Shown: one piece after another, positions 63,639-64,000 of the stretch
Position numbering within the stretch: position 1 is the first letter of the stretch
Layout: each line of letters opens with the position of its first letter
Assembly: GCA_964441955.1 (NCBI GenBank)
Contig: CAYTWA010000007.1
Span: 71,555-135,554 of the forward strand
Length of the DNA stretch: 64,000 bases
Reading direction: 5' to 3'
DNA from: an uncultured Elusimicrobia bacterium
Lineage (GTDB): Bacteria > Elusimicrobiota > Elusimicrobia > 2-01-FULL-59-12
Made by a program: the position numbers and the translations under genes
Notes under the pieces: model-generated
The model's database searches: none
What the model was told of the DNA's origin: nothing
Seen by the model: only the letters and a program-made list of their open reading frames with translations

Positions 63639-64000
63639 ATGGATCGGTCTCGATATCTTCTTTTCTGGGTGTTGACTTGGGCCTCGCAGGCCGTCGCGGT
63701 GGAGCCGCAGGGCTTGGATCGCCTGGTGGACGCGGCTTTGGCCGGCAGTGCTCAAATAAAAGGAGTCAGCGCGCGAGCGGCTGAAGCTCAAGCGGATGTG
63801 CAGGAGGCGCGGCGGCGACGGCTTCCAACGCTGTCTGCGCGCAGTTCCTGGACTCGCGGCGACCAACCGGTGTATGTCTTTGGTTCACTTTTGGAACAGG
63901 GGCGTTTTGGCCCTGGCCACTTTGCCATCCCTTCACTGAACAATCCCCATGATCTCACCAACATTAAAAGCGGTTTGGATGTGGAGGTCCCACTCTTCAC
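63639..64000 (+). CDS. TolC-family outer-membrane efflux protein (N-terminal fragment; continues beyond the window)
   Basis: Signal peptide followed by 'LDRLVDAALAGSAQIKGVSARAAEAQADVQEARRRRLPTLSA', typical of OEP N-termini. Confidence 0.55.
   Translation, partial: MDRSRYLLFWVLTWASQAVAVEPQGLDRLVDAALAGSAQIKGVSARAAEAQADVQEARRRRLPTLSARSSWTRGDQPVYVFGSLLEQGRFGPGHFAIPSLNNPHDLTNIKSGLDVEVPLF

Noticed and set aside
1-64000. tRNA/rRNA genes, CRISPR arrays, transposases or integrases
   Set aside because: Scanning of all intergenic gaps >50 bp found no cloverleaf-compatible T-loop/acceptor patterns, no rRNA signatures, no repeat-spacer arrays, and no DDE or tyrosine-recombinase-like ORFs. None called.

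Overview
This 64-kb window is a GC-rich bacterial chromosomal segment, densely coding, with many 4-nt (ATGA/TAATG-type) gene overlaps that indicate operons. No rRNA, tRNA, CRISPR array, transposase or integrase could be recognised by eye.

Gene content from left to right:
- 1-6.5 kb: Tad/Flp pilus assembly locus. It begins with a secretin C-terminus, then two TadE-like genes and one TadG-like gene, CpaB, a CpaF ATPase carrying a TadZ-like N-terminal extension, TadB and TadC.
- 6.6-10.1 kb: Y-family DNA polymerase with a perfect 14-bp palindrome just upstream, then a ThrC-like PLP enzyme, a MoaD/ThiS-like small protein and a NIL-like small protein.
- 10.2-15.9 kb: RecQ, then the conserved minus-strand cluster tmk-holB-metG-tatD.
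- 15.9-19.1 kb: lipoprotein and an HtrA/DegP protease.
- 19.1-20.6 kb: a lower-GC hypothetical membrane protein.
- 20.7-28.2 kb: long minus-strand metal-uptake cluster. It holds a sensor kinase, ZnuB, ZnuC, a His/Cys-rich small protein, ZnuA, an OMP, a small secreted protein and a double zinc-ribbon Pro-rich membrane protein.
- 28.2-28.9 kb: VapBC toxin-antitoxin pair.
- 28.9-29.5 kb: first of two paralogous genes for a membrane-anchored winged-HTH protein. Its upstream region carries a tandem array of short direct repeats (TGGCAKGGTT).
- 29.7-32.1 kb: ABC-2 exporter whose ATPase and permease genes are separated by a perfect 23-bp-stem hairpin.
- 32.3-39.6 kb: seven overlapping minus-strand genes: porin, FMN-binding domain protein, 4-TM protein, ApbE flavin transferase, FeoA, FeoB and a Kef-type antiporter. 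I propose this is a flavin-dependent ferric-reductase/Fe2+ uptake module.
- 40.4-44.1 kb: a thioredoxin-fold-like small gene, then Top6B and Top6A (separate subunits of bacterial topoisomerase VI), then a hemerythrin.
- 44.6-50.1 kb: envelope and lipid-related genes (OMPs, YceI, porin, SRPBCC) and a divergent intergenic region dense in perfect palindromes.
- 50.1-50.7 kb: second membrane-wHTH paralog, with its own upstream array (TGAGGCAGT, five copies at 11-bp period).
- 51-64 kb: LemA, a second VapBC-like pair, HldD, HisB, a large imperfect palindrome, and a SulP lacking STAS. A minus-strand operon then encodes an NPP+EEP two-domain phosphoesterase, a hypothetical protein, a Crp/Fnr regulator, a GGDEF protein and a D-2-hydroxyacid dehydrogenase. 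The window ends with an ACT-domain protein, an acyl-ACP desaturase-like protein and a partial TolC-like OMP.

The most interesting candidates are the paralogous membrane-wHTH regulators with repeat arrays, the Feo-ApbE-FMN_bind operon, and the bacterial topo VI operon.
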